Shown here: piece after piece, positions 32,891-43,405 of the stretch
Numbering within the stretch: the stretch's first letter is position 1
Layout: the number at the start of each line of letters is the position of its first letter
NCBI GenBank assembly: GCA_977017575.1
Contig: CDRNVI010000040.1
Span: 186,001-250,000 of the forward strand
Source: Paramoeba atlantica
Taxonomy: Eukaryota; Protista; Discosea
Length of the DNA: 64,000 bases
Reading direction: 5' to 3'
Notes under the pieces: model-generated
What the model was told of the DNA's origin: nothing
The model's input: the letters and a program-made list of their open reading frames with translations, nothing else
Database searches by the model: none
Position numbers and translations under genes: made by a program

Positions 32891-34324
32891 TGTGAGGGTT
32901 GGTAGTCCTAATCTGGGCTTACCCAGAGAGGGTCCACCAACCCGTCATTATCGCGGCGCAGTAGACGCGCCATGGCAGGCCAGGCACCATGAAGGCCAAA
33001 AAAAAATGTTTTGACAACACCGGGCTTGAAACCCGGCCTGCACCAAAATCCGAAAACTAATTCGGCGGAATTCAAGCAGATTCGATAGAGCGTGGAGCCG
33101 CTGTTTGACATAGCGTGGAGCCGCTCGCATGGAGTGTGGAGCCGCTGTTTTAGCAGCGTGGAGCCACTCATGCTGATTTGATAGAGCGTGGAGTCGCTGT
33201 TTGACATAGCGTGGAGCCGCTCGCATGGAGTGTGGAGCCGCTGTTTTAGCAGCGTGGAGCCACTCATACTGATTTGATGGAGCGTGGAGCCGCTGTTTGA
33301 CACAGCGTGGAGCCGCTCGCATGGAGTGTGGAGCCGCTGTTTTAGCAGCGTCGAGCCACTCATACTGATTTGATGGAGCGTGGAGCCGCTGTTTGACACA
33401 GCGTGGAGCCGCTCGCATGGAGTGTGGAGCCGCTGTTTTAGCAGCGTCGAGCCACTTATACTGATTTGATGGAGCGTGGAGCCGCTGTTTGATATCGCGT
33501 GGAGCCGCTCGCATGGAGTGTGGAGCCGCTGTTTTAGCAGCGTCGAGCCACTCATGCTGATTTATAGGAGCGGAGATCCGCTGTTTGATACAGCGTCGAA
33601 CCGCTCGCATGTAGTGTAGATTCTCGCCGTTTCTGCAGCGTCGAGCCACTCATGCTGATTTGATGGAGCGTAGATCCGCTGTTTGATGCAGCGTCGAACA
33701 GCTCGCATGGAGTGTAGATCCGCATGTAGCGTTGAATCAGTCGCGTTGATTTGATAGGGAATGTGGCGTTTGATACAGAATATGACCGGTAGTAGGGTAC
33801 TGCCTCTCGTGGAATTGCAATGGAGCGTGTGACGGCAGTTGGATACAGTGTCGGTCTGGATGACTACAGTTCCACGTGTGGACTCTGACTCGCTTTTATT
33901 ATTACGTTTTGGATACGCCATACCTTTTGTAAGTGTGGTATCCCTGCATCATAGATGATGCGTAAATTAGTGGAACCCTAAATGACCAGTGCCATTGAGT
34001 CGTAGTTACTCGTTTAGTGGAGGGTTTCTAGGTTTTAATGGAGCGGCCTTTCCTAGAGTAGTTCCACTAGTAAGAGTAGTAAGAATGCTAATTCAGTATA
34101 GATTCCTAGTAATACAAGTAGAGACTAGTTGAAGTAGTACAGTTCTGTATAGTTCTGGTGGTTTAAACGTGTGTATATGTGGGGTTGCCGTCCGAATAAT
34201 TAACGTCTGAATAAATATTCTAAGAATGATGGTGTGCTCGGCTTCATTCATTGAACCGCCGTGATAATGACGGGTTGGTGAACCCTCTCTGGGTAAGCCC
34301 AGATTAGGACTACCAACCCTCACA
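32891..34324. mobile_element. 1434-bp TGT...ACA element with about 65-bp TIRs (Ginger-like ends)
   Basis: TGTGAGGGTTGGTAGTCCTAATCTGGGCTTACCCAGAGAGGG inverted at 34260-34324; flanks ATAA/ATAT are only an imperfect duplication. Confidence 0.75.
33084..33725. repeat. 96-bp minisatellite, about 6.7 units, built from AGCGTGGAGCCGCT sub-repeats
   Basis: Units start at 33084, 33180, 33276, 33372 and 33468, then degenerate. Confidence 0.95.
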
Positions 34325-34599
34325 ATATTGCCCTTCTTTTATGGCCAAAACCTCTAGGTAAAGGGGATTAGAGGTAAAAATGACACAGACACTGTAAAGA
34401 AAAAGGATCCGTTGAATTTTCATCACCAATGTTTGGTTGGTGCCAGGAGTTCTGTATATCGTCAGTAGAATACACTTTTTTAGATACGTCTTCCTCAACA
34501 ACTTCCATGTTGGCATTGGCTTCCTTGTTGAGGGAGACACTACTCCCTCGCTGCCCTATATTACCGCCTCCCTATTTACTACTGCGCTCATAAGTAATT

Positions 34600-34975
34600 T
34601 GTTGTGGTGGTTGTATAACTACCGCTCTACCCTCGATTATTGAAAAAGTGAACAAAAACAGTGAAAATATAAAGAGGAACTCAGTAATATATTCGAATAA
34701 AAAAATGTAAAAGGGGGCCCCGGTGGTCCAAAACTGAAAAAAAAATAAAAAAATGGGGGGTCTAGGGGGGGTCCATGGGGGGGGGCATACGTCGCAAGTT
34801 TTTTTCGATTTTTTTGCTTTTCAAAATCGATCGCAGGGAAGTGGTAGAGTACGCCGCGGCGATGATTTTCCACCCCTCCCCACCTCGGGGTGATCCCCCC
34901 CTGGTACGCACAGGAGGGGTCCGATAAGGTGAAATTTTCCGAAAATTTTGGGGTGACCAAAAAGGGGGTATGAGG
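34600..34975 (-). mobile_element. Family H fragment (short-hairpin end)
   Basis: 34600-34780 aligns with 8985-9160; 34750-34975 is the reverse complement of 17220-17423. Confidence 0.7.
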
Positions 34976-35893
34976 GCACTTCCCCTGAGTGGTCATCAAG
35001 GTGCCCGCGTGTCAAAACGGAAATCGTCGAAGGGACACAGAATCATCGAAGGTGTTTTAATTTGCTTTGGGGAAGATTCTGACACTTTCTTCGGACTTGG
35101 CGGTGGTCAAAGCTGGAGGTATGAATTTTAGATAAAAAAATAGGTAAGGCTGAGTAGAAACGTGAATGAAAAAAGCGTCCGAGGATACGAATTTTCATTG
35201 CGCTATGATCTGAAATTATTCGTTAACTTATATTTTCGAATCCGTAGGCTCGTTCTCACTGTCGCTTTTCTCAAAAATGATGGGAGACTTGCCGAAATGC
35301 TCCACAATGCCCTGGAGCATGTTGCGAAAGCGGTTTTGCCACGCTCATTATGGACCTCTCCGAATTTGACGCATTGAAGGGCGATGTTGCGCTAAAGGCC
35401 CTGGGCAGAAGCACAGAAATTATAATACTGGCGTCTAGTCCAGTCTTTTATAATTCGGTGGACACATTCCGCATGGTTAGCGTGGTAACCATGGAGCTCA
35501 ACGAACTCTTTGGAATGGTTCACCGCAAAGTGACGACAGAACTGTCCCATCCCCGAGTAACCACGCCACGCATCAGAGGCAACCAATGACCGCGCACTCT
35601 CCAAGTGCGGAAGTATGAAATTGCGTAAAGTTTGATAAACCCTTTATCAATTACATCGATGCTTTAATTTTTAACTATTTCTGTCCCCTCCTGATACAGT
35701 ACAGTAGTTTCATGATACAGTAATTTCATGATACAGTAATTTCATGATTTTTAAGCACCCCGTGCGTAACTTATTAAGTTAGGGGTTATCTATACTGATC
35801 TGCGATCATCAGATTTCCGGTGAATAAGGATGACTCTTCCTGATAAAAAATGTTTTAATATTTTAATTATGGAAACATCAGAATACACCTTGA

Positions 35894-38800
35894 ATGCATT
35901 CTAAGACACTTTTAGGAGAACCATTCTTTATATTTGCTTCCTACAAAGAACTGATGAAGTCGGTGCATCGCAGCGTCTATAAGTCGGGAATGACTGACGA
36001 ATTACTCCAGAGATTTTGCGTCCAACACGGAATTGCTAAGCAGAAAAAATCTGCCGAAGTCGACGCGCCTAAGACGGAAATCAACAAAAGTGGTGGAGAA
36101 ATTAAGAGTACGCAGCAAGTGCAGGGGTCGCAAAAGGAATGCAAAAACTTACTCGTGTCCACTGCTTACAGCGTTCCTCGTTCGCATTTCCTCGCACCAT
36201 ACGTTGTTGAACTCACTAGAACAAGAAAAGATGCGATAAAACAATGCGGAATGTTTGTTCCATGTCGAAACTTAATGAAGGATGATGCAACCATGAGTAT
36301 TTCGAAAACGAGTGAGCCTTCAAGCGAGGCATTTGCAAAGGAATCCTTTCTTGATAAAATGTTGTGCTTTCGCAAATTGAATTTGATGAGCGATATGGAA
36401 GAATTAAAATTGCAATTTGCAAAAAAGGTAAAAGTTTTAGAGAGCGATGAAAAGGACTGCGGTAAAGAAATACCTCTGTTGCTACCACTTACCGATGCTG
36501 ATGCAATTGTCCAATTTTTGCTGAAGTGTAAAGTTCGCGACTTACTTCAAGTCCTGTATGCAAACGATACGACATCTGGAAAGGTGTGTACGTCATCGGT
36601 TCTGAAAACGGATAATGACCCGCCAACAGTTTCGTACGTTTTGTTAGGAAGGAGTGTAAAATCAATTCTCTTTGATTATTTGCGAAAGCAGCGAGGTTAT
36701 TCTTTACTAAAATTCTCGGAAAACGGGAACCAATTGGAAAAATGTGATACTGGAGTCAATTTCTGTGAAAAATCTGGGCAGTCTGGCTCTGAAAATGACG
36801 AATTCTTGAAGAAATACTGCTCGAAGTTTGGCATTAAAACATGCAATGTGACCACTGCCATGTCTCACACATTTACTCACTTCGGAAATCGCTATCAGAA
36901 TTGGTGGCAGCATATCTGGGCCGTGGCTGATGTGCCGGTGGAAGTATATTTTGTCGAAGCAGTTTGCACGGTTCCACGCGTTAAAGGTAATGACACCGCT
37001 TCACCGAATTTACTGATACAGGGAAATCGATTGGCGCATGTGAGCACTAAAACTCATATTGTGGCACTTAACCTGCATACGTACGAGCGTACGAAAGCCA
37101 TGTCAATGGCCGAATTTCCTCGCATGATTCGGTCTCGCACATCGCAGCCGATTCTTCTTGTAACCGCCGCATATAAAAGCTCATTGTGCAACACTCTCCG
37201 CCAATGTTGTGGGGTACGAGTCCAAGTTTTGGATGTATATGAGGACGCGACTGTTATGTTGTGTAGAAGTGCTGCCTCGGAGGAAGATATATTTTTTCAG
37301 GTTTTTGGCAACGAAATAAAGGAGTCAACTAGACAACTTAACTGGGATGCGCTTCTTGAGCTGTTTGCATCCAAAGCATGTGACGGTACTGGTGGTTCTC
37401 TTCAACTTCTCAATAGAATCAAGGCCTACAGTTACTGGAAAAGGGATGAACTGACGTATCTCAATAAATTAAAGAAAGGCAAGTCCTCTACAGATGCTGA
37501 AAGTAGTGAAGGGAAATGCATTGCCCAAACGTTCGGGGTCCAAACCATTGGAAAACAAGCGTTCTATCCTGCGGACTACGTTAATGTGCAACGATGGGAT
37601 TCTGTTTGCCGTTCCACGCTGATGAGCCAAAAGCACGAGGAATCGACCGTTCGAGATAAGTACTCAAAATATCTTATTTTGGATCTAGAAACCACAACAC
37701 ATAAAATGCATGGCCGTGTTGCGAATTGTTTCAGTGATAAGAATCGGGTCGTTTTACCTGGATTACTGGACTACAAAGGCATGCTTTCTATTCCATCCGG
37801 AGGATATCAAACGAGCGCAGAAATGCAGTTACCTGATTTAGATCAGTTTACTGTCATCATCGGGCATAATATCAAGTTTGACCTTCTCTATTTGTGGAAA
37901 CAGCCGGCCTTACAACAGTTTTTTGAACGTGGTGGAAAGGTATGGGACACGTTGTACGCGGAATATCTATTGACCGGGCAGAAAGTGCGCATTGGAAGGG
38001 GAGCGGGATTGGACGTCGTAGCTCCGATGTATGGAGGCACGCGAAAAATTGATCATGTAAAAGAAGCTTGGAAAAAAGGCCTTGACACATCGGATATACC
38101 TGTCGAGATTCTTGCAGAATATCTTGCTGGTGACCTAAAAAATACCGAAATACTTTTTGAAAACCAGATTAAGAAAGCAGTAGAAATGGGGTCATTGACC
38201 ATGCTCCACGAACGCATGGACTTTTTGCTCGCAGCCTGCGAGGCGGAATACAATGGACTAATGACAGTCCCCATATTTCAAGCACCGGAAACGGATGCAG
38301 CGCCCGATGACACTCCCATAGAGGAATCATGTGAAAGAAATTCTAGCCCAACAGTTATAAAGGACGCCCCGACTAACAAAAAAGAAGATTTCTTTTCGTT
38401 CGGGGAATATACTCACGAGAACGGAGTGATTCGTCCAGAGTGTATTGCTGCCATGAGCTACTCTTCCAAGGTAATGATTGCACTCGGTCGTCCTTTTGGA
38501 TTACAGAACGTACAACGTCTTGTTAAGCCGGAAACATTTTATGAAGTTACCATCACAAACCAAGCGCTCAAGTACACGGAGCACCACGCCACGTTTGATG
38601 CGGATTGCGATAGAAAGCTAGTATCACATTTTTGCATATCTGGAAAGGCAGCAAGCGATTTAAAGAATGCCTCTGGATCTTTACTGCAGTTCGAATGGAA
38701 AAATTTGGAACAAATTTGTTTCGCATACCTTTTCGATCTTATAAAGTGGGACGACAGTCAGGTACTCTGTACTACAGTCGATTCATCGAAAAGCAAAGAG

Positions 38801-39499
38801 GAATTATTTCGGCGAATGTGCAAATGCAGTGCTCATATTTTGGATGAATCTATTCAAGTGAGCAATCAAATGTCTACGCCGGATAGCTGCTTTTTATATC
38901 AGGGAAGAGTGCTCCTCCCTTTTGGTGCACATGTTACAGTGGAAGAAAATAAATTTTTTGCCAATCGTAATCTTACTTCCTCTATCGTCTCAAATTTTGA
39001 TTTGTCTGCGCTTGCAACTGCTCCAGTGAGCTGCTTTGCAGCCGCCGTCGTTCAGAGTTCCTGCGCAAAAGTCTTTGCTCATCTGAAAAAGAATTATTCT
39101 GGGGATAGAAGCCTATTAGAAAATAGTACGTCGAACACAGAAGACAAAGCATCCTACTTTTGGAAAAAGTTATTTCGGAAGAAAGAAAGCTGTAAAAGTA
39201 AAAGAGCACTTTTGGTTCTCGTCGGTCCAACCAGTTTATGGTTAGACGTCGACACCACGGACGATACCGAAGTGCGAGACGATTTAATACGAGAGGTCAG
39301 CAACCTTATGCAGAGTGCTCTACAAGACTATGTAAATGCTTTTGTAGCGGCACCTGGGACGAAATGTGTAACGAATGAAAACAAAGTCCAAAATACACCC
39401 AAACTCGATGTGGAAGTCATATCAATTCCTTGTAAAGGAGTTTATCTTCAGCGAAAGACGAATTCAGGTGAAGAGCCGCTAATCAAAGAAACTTGTTAG
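35894..39499 (+). CDS. DNA polymerase I-type 3'-5' exonuclease protein (resembles kinetoplastid mitochondrial Pol I family) with no recognisable polymerase motifs
   Basis: ExoI ILDLETT, ExoII IIGHNIKFD, VWDTLYAEYLL, ExoIII EYLAGD, then EAEYNG; motifs A/B/C not seen. Confidence 0.8.
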   Translation: MHSKTLLGEPFFIFASYKELMKSVHRSVYKSGMTDELLQRFCVQHGIAKQKKSAEVDAPKTEINKSGGEIKSTQQVQGSQKECKNLLVSTAYSVPRSHFLAPYVVELTRTRKDAIKQCGMFVPCRNLMKDDATMSISKTSEPSSEAFAKESFLDKMLCFRKLNLMSDMEELKLQFAKKVKVLESDEKDCGKEIPLLLPLTDADAIVQFLLKCKVRDLLQVLYANDTTSGKVCTSSVLKTDNDPPTVSYVLLGRSVKSILFDYLRKQRGYSLLKFSENGNQLEKCDTGVNFCEKSGQSGSENDEFLKKYCSKFGIKTCNVTTAMSHTFTHFGNRYQNWWQHIWAVADVPVEVYFVEAVCTVPRVKGNDTASPNLLIQGNRLAHVSTKTHIVALNLHTYERTKAMSMAEFPRMIRSRTSQPILLVTAAYKSSLCNTLRQCCGVRVQVLDVYEDATVMLCRSAASEEDIFFQVFGNEIKESTRQLNWDALLELFASKACDGTGGSLQLLNRIKAYSYWKRDELTYLNKLKKGKSSTDAESSEGKCIAQTFGVQTIGKQAFYPADYVNVQRWDSVCRSTLMSQKHEESTVRDKYSKYLILDLETTTHKMHGRVANCFSDKNRVVLPGLLDYKGMLSIPSGGYQTSAEMQLPDLDQFTVIIGHNIKFDLLYLWKQPALQQFFERGGKVWDTLYAEYLLTGQKVRIGRGAGLDVVAPMYGGTRKIDHVKEAWKKGLDTSDIPVEILAEYLAGDLKNTEILFENQIKKAVEMGSLTMLHERMDFLLAACEAEYNGLMTVPIFQAPETDAAPDDTPIEESCERNSSPTVIKDAPTNKKEDFFSFGEYTHENGVIRPECIAAMSYSSKVMIALGRPFGLQNVQRLVKPETFYEVTITNQALKYTEHHATFDADCDRKLVSHFCISGKAASDLKNASGSLLQFEWKNLEQICFAYLFDLIKWDDSQVLCTTVDSSKSKEELFRRMCKCSAHILDESIQVSNQMSTPDSCFLYQGRVLLPFGAHVTVEENKFFANRNLTSSIVSNFDLSALATAPVSCFAAAVVQSSCAKVFAHLKKNYSGDRSLLENSTSNTEDKASYFWKKLFRKKESCKSKRALLVLVGPTSLWLDVDTTDDTEVRDDLIREVSNLMQSALQDYVNAFVAAPGTKCVTNENKVQNTPKLDVEVISIPCKGVYLQRKTNSGEEPLIKETC

Positions 39500-39908
39500 T
39501 GCCCTTCGAACAGTGAAGCGCCACACCTGAGAAAGCGAACCAAGCAGTTACACATTGGGGACTCCCGCTAATCTCTGATTGTTTATCCACTCCTTGATTT
39601 TTTGGAAATTTTATAATTGAAGAAGGAACTATTATAGGTATCTTTTAATTTAGAGGGAGTTTACTAATTATAAAATCATCCCTTTCTAGTCACTAGACAT
39701 CACGCAGGTTTTATACATGCATATTGATTCTTTAGCACTTTTAGAACGGCCTTGACACATGAGTCTTTTCCCCCAAATCGCCAGCTGCTGGGTTACGTTA
39801 GGTAGGAAGTTTAAGAAGTAAGTTTGAGTTGGTATTTTCCGAAAAGAATCACATTTCGTCTTTGAGAGTTTTAAAACTTTGTTGTCTAATTTAAATGATT
39901 TTTATATC

Positions 39909-40703
39909 ATGAGTAGCCCTACTATCTTGTCGTACTTGCACGAATTCAGTTCCCTTTCTGGGTTGAGCGTTTTGCTCTCCTGCGCAGTCGGACTGTCGGA
40001 CAACAAGGAATGCTCAGAGCCCAGTGAGGTTGCTGTGGTTCTAGATAAAACATTGTTCTACCCGGGTGGGGGTGGTCAACCGTGTGATATTGGCATTCTG
40101 GAAGGACCAGACTGGAAAATTAAAGTAACGAGCGTACGGTTTAATACACACCGTCAGGTGGTTCATCAAGGGAAAATAGATTACTCGTCTAATGATTCCT
40201 TGTCTTCGAAGGGGAACAATATGCCCGCAGTGGGATGTTCCACACGCCAGCACGTTGATGCACAAACACGTGGACTTCATAGTCGCTTGCATACAGCGGG
40301 CCATATTTTAGACATTGCCTTACTGGATGTTTTGCACCACAACGATAAAATGTCGGTTTATAAAGCGAATCACCACCCGGTTGGATCAGCAGTTGAATAT
40401 TCGGGTACCCTACCTTCACTGGTTGGCAACAAGACGGCCGCAAAGGAAACCAAATCGGCATTTATACGTGAGCTGGAGGATACGTGCAATGCGATTGTCG
40501 AACAAGACTGTCGTGTCCACCTTTCATTACAAACTTCATCCACTGATGGCAATCCCCTGCGACACATGTGGGTGGAAGGATACGACAGGAAAATACCTTG
40601 CGGCGGGACGCATATAAGCCATCTACGCGAAATAGGAAAAATGAGCATTCGAAAGATCGAAACAAAGAGTGGGGTGACGCGTGTAGCATATAGTGTGTCG
40701 TAA
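39909..40703 (+). CDS. Free-standing alanyl-tRNA editing protein (AlaX)
   Basis: TLFYPGGGGQPCDIG, RLHTAGHILD, PCGGTH Zn-binding motifs. Confidence 0.92.
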   Translation: MSSPTILSYLHEFSSLSGLSVLLSCAVGLSDNKECSEPSEVAVVLDKTLFYPGGGGQPCDIGILEGPDWKIKVTSVRFNTHRQVVHQGKIDYSSNDSLSSKGNNMPAVGCSTRQHVDAQTRGLHSRLHTAGHILDIALLDVLHHNDKMSVYKANHHPVGSAVEYSGTLPSLVGNKTAAKETKSAFIRELEDTCNAIVEQDCRVHLSLQTSSTDGNPLRHMWVEGYDRKIPCGGTHISHLREIGKMSIRKIETKSGVTRVAYSVS

Positions 40704-40842
40704 AAAAGGGGTGTATTCTTAGTGTGTGTTTCTTTGGTTTCACGCAAGAAATGCGTAACTGTGAGCCTTTAACAATAGGCAGTTGTCTTTTTTAAATTGC
40801 ACGGAACTATACTTCTTCGAATTTATCGTTTGTTTTATTTGA

Positions 40843-41226
40843 ATGTGCGCCTCTCGCGTTGCAAATAACAATCAACCGGACGTCACATGGCAAGATCAGC
40901 AAAAGATTTGTCTCTTCGGAAGGCTCAACACTCGTCAACAGGAACTAAAAGAACTCATCCTGCAAAAACAAGATGACATTTCAAAGTTAGAAGACGCATC
41001 GGACGAAATCTTTATTGCAGACGAAGTGAAATGTGTGATAGGAGAGTGCTTTTACCCCACTGAGGTGGATCATGTTGAGAAGCTAATCTCTACGCGAAAA
41101 TCCGAGCAGGCCGTCAGTCTTCAGAAAATGCAAGGGGAACTGCGAAACATAGAAGAGCGCATGAGGCGTCTAAAGTCAGAGTTAAAAATTCGTTTTGGTG
41201 ATAGCATATACTTAGAAAACGATTAA
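40843..41226 (+). CDS. PFDN4: Prefoldin subunit 4
   Basis: VTWQDQQKICLFGRLN, KLEDASDEI, IGECF, LKSELKIRFGDSIYLE. Confidence 0.9.
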   Translation: MCASRVANNNQPDVTWQDQQKICLFGRLNTRQQELKELILQKQDDISKLEDASDEIFIADEVKCVIGECFYPTEVDHVEKLISTRKSEQAVSLQKMQGELRNIEERMRRLKSELKIRFGDSIYLEND

Positions 41227-41507
41227 ACTGTTTTCTAAATACGAGAGGACATTGGAAACGAATAATTTTGTGCGTTGCACTTAGGTAAACAGTTTAAAAC
41301 TAATTTAAACTTAAACTAATTTAAAACTTCAGATCACAAGCATGACTCAATTCACAGTTTCCAAATAGCAGAAATTTTACGTTGAAGCACAATATTGAAT
41401 GATATGCGTATGTAGCTCTCATCCACGTGCTTACAACGAACACGATGTACAATGTAAATTTATATGTATTTCACTCAAGTCATTTGTATTGGATCTCTTT
41501 CAACTTC

Positions 41508-42098
41508 ATGGCTCGAGGAGGAATGCCTTTTAGGGGTGGGAATGCGAACCAGTACGGTCGAGGCGGAGCCAGCGGAGGGTCTCGGGGGTATGGTGGAGGT
41601 TTCGCAGCGCGTGGGAGAGGAGGGCAAATGCAAAACCGACGCGGCGGCTTTGCAGAACCCGATCCTCCAGAATATGTCGAGGAAGTCGCTGAATATATCC
41701 ATGCATGTGAGGATAAGTTGCTTTTTGCTTACAACAAGAAGCCGTATACGGTTCCTCGATTCAACGCCCTTGTGTACACTCGAAATAAAGTTAAAATGGG
41801 GCGTATCGACGACGTTCTTGGGACAACCTCCAAAATCATGTTTTCTGTAATACCTGAGACAGGGGTAGAGGCGAAGAGTTTAGAAAAGGGGTTCGTCTTA
41901 TGCATCAGTCCTTCACAGATCACTCCACTCAACCGCTTTACGGATCCACCGAAAACGTTTGCTCGACGGGGTCGCGGCGGAGGTCCTGGTGGCCCAGGTC
42001 GGGGTCGTGGCGGCCCGATGCGTTCAAGGGGAGGCGACTTTGGGAGGGGTCGCGCGGGAGGATTTTTAAGAGGGGGGTTTGTATCGAAAAGGTTTTAG
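41508..42098 (+). CDS. GAR1: H/ACA snoRNP subunit GAR1
   Basis: RGG boxes flanking PPEYVEEV..HACE..VPRFNA.VY..KVKMGRIDDVLG..PLNRF core. Confidence 0.93.
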   Translation: MARGGMPFRGGNANQYGRGGASGGSRGYGGGFAARGRGGQMQNRRGGFAEPDPPEYVEEVAEYIHACEDKLLFAYNKKPYTVPRFNALVYTRNKVKMGRIDDVLGTTSKIMFSVIPETGVEAKSLEKGFVLCISPSQITPLNRFTDPPKTFARRGRGGGPGGPGRGRGGPMRSRGGDFGRGRAGGFLRGGFVSKRF

Positions 42099-42420
42099 TA
42101 CATGAATAGATTCTTGTTAAGCGTATGCTAATTTAACTTAAGCATTGATACATGCAGTGTACTACATGTGTATACCGGAATATTTAACTGCTAAAATTAA
42201 CAGTGGGACTATTATCAAACATTATGTGTGTGATTCTGCGTACCAATTTCAAAGTTTAGCTCGGCAATATGTGATTACGGTTGAAGTATGTATTGTTGAG
42301 GAACTTTCTGAACAAAACTCTTCGTGTAATGTTTCCTTTAAAAGAATTTACGCGAACTTGGCAAACTGTAAGTCAATCTATTTTCTTCTCGTTCTTTTCT
42401 TAGATTTTTTGTACGCATAA

Positions 42421-43224
42421 ATGTTGCAATCTACACGTGTCGTTAACTGGATTTCTGCCTTCCAGCCTCGAATGAACGAACACAACTGCCACCTGCACAG
42501 TCCGTCTGCAATAACGCACGACGATGAATACGCAAAACGATATGCGCTTTGCCCGAGCCTCAGATTCTGGAATACATATCGATGCGTAGAGCAGGAAGAA
42601 CAAACGAGAAAAAAGCGGGGTTTCTTTCATTTGCCGAAATTAGATTATCCTATTGAACGAGGAGTATCGCCCTTATTTAGCCCGACACAGTTGAAAATTC
42701 ACTATCACCGATATCACAGAAAGATTGTGTCGGAACTCAACGAGCACACACTAGGAACAATGTTTGAGGCTCAGCCTTTGGATGTTATCATTCGGAAAAC
42801 TAACGCTGATGCCACACTTGCCACGTTGTTCCATGCCGCGACTCAACATTTTAATCACGCGTTCTTTTGGCGATGTATTACTCCTTTTGGGTCTACCATG
42901 TCACAGTCACTGCGGAACGCTCTGGTACTGCAGTATGGAAGCTTAGATGATTTTCAGGCTCAATTTCTTCAACATGCCTTAAATATTCCAGGCAGCGGGT
43001 GGGTATTTCTAGTGTGGGCGGACTACAAATTTGAGCTCCTGTCACTTGTAGATCCCGGAAGCTCGCCAATTGCTATGGATTATATTCCGTTGCTTAACTT
43101 AGATATGTCAGAACACAGTTACTACATTGACTACGAAATGGATCCAGCAAAGTACGTACGAAATTTTTTTCGTTGTATCAATTGGAATATAGTAGATAAA
43201 AACTGGAACAGATGTGTGAAATAA
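42421..43224 (+). CDS. Fe/Mn superoxide dismutase-fold protein, divergent
   Basis: LPKLDY, IHYHRYH, QHFNHAFFW, PGSGWVFL, LDMSEHSYYIDY, NFFRCINW. Confidence 0.85.
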   Translation: MLQSTRVVNWISAFQPRMNEHNCHLHSPSAITHDDEYAKRYALCPSLRFWNTYRCVEQEEQTRKKRGFFHLPKLDYPIERGVSPLFSPTQLKIHYHRYHRKIVSELNEHTLGTMFEAQPLDVIIRKTNADATLATLFHAATQHFNHAFFWRCITPFGSTMSQSLRNALVLQYGSLDDFQAQFLQHALNIPGSGWVFLVWADYKFELLSLVDPGSSPIAMDYIPLLNLDMSEHSYYIDYEMDPAKYVRNFFRCINWNIVDKNWNRCVK

Positions 43225-43405
43225 TCGAAATTGTAAACTAGAGGAAACTACTGATGGAAACTAGAGGTACGCATCTCGCTAAACTAGTCGTACCTGCTTA
43301 AGATTGTCCCATCTGCGTTCATAGTGTTACTAATTTTATGTACTCAATAATACATATGGGCTAATATATAGTTACCTTATACGAACCCCTTACGTGCTAT
43401 GATGA

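Noticed and set aside
32022-33014. F/L/S-rich (-) and K/E/R-rich (+) ORFs
   Set aside because: By-products of the purine tract, which cannot easily form stop codons
33000-33080. tRNA on the minus strand (GGGTTTCAAGCCC T-arm-like hairpin before a T run)
   Set aside because: No acceptor-stem partner, D arm or anticodon arm upstream
32908-33649. Repeat proteins of 215 and 233 aa on the minus strand
   Set aside because: Two overlapping frames are open because the 96-bp unit is a multiple of 3; the same core is read in different frames
33084-33725. CRISPR array
   Set aside because: Units are contiguous with no unique spacers; eukaryotic context, no cas genes
35162-35604. Short ORFs downstream of the family H fragment
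   Set aside because: Under 80 aa, no motifs, no supporting context
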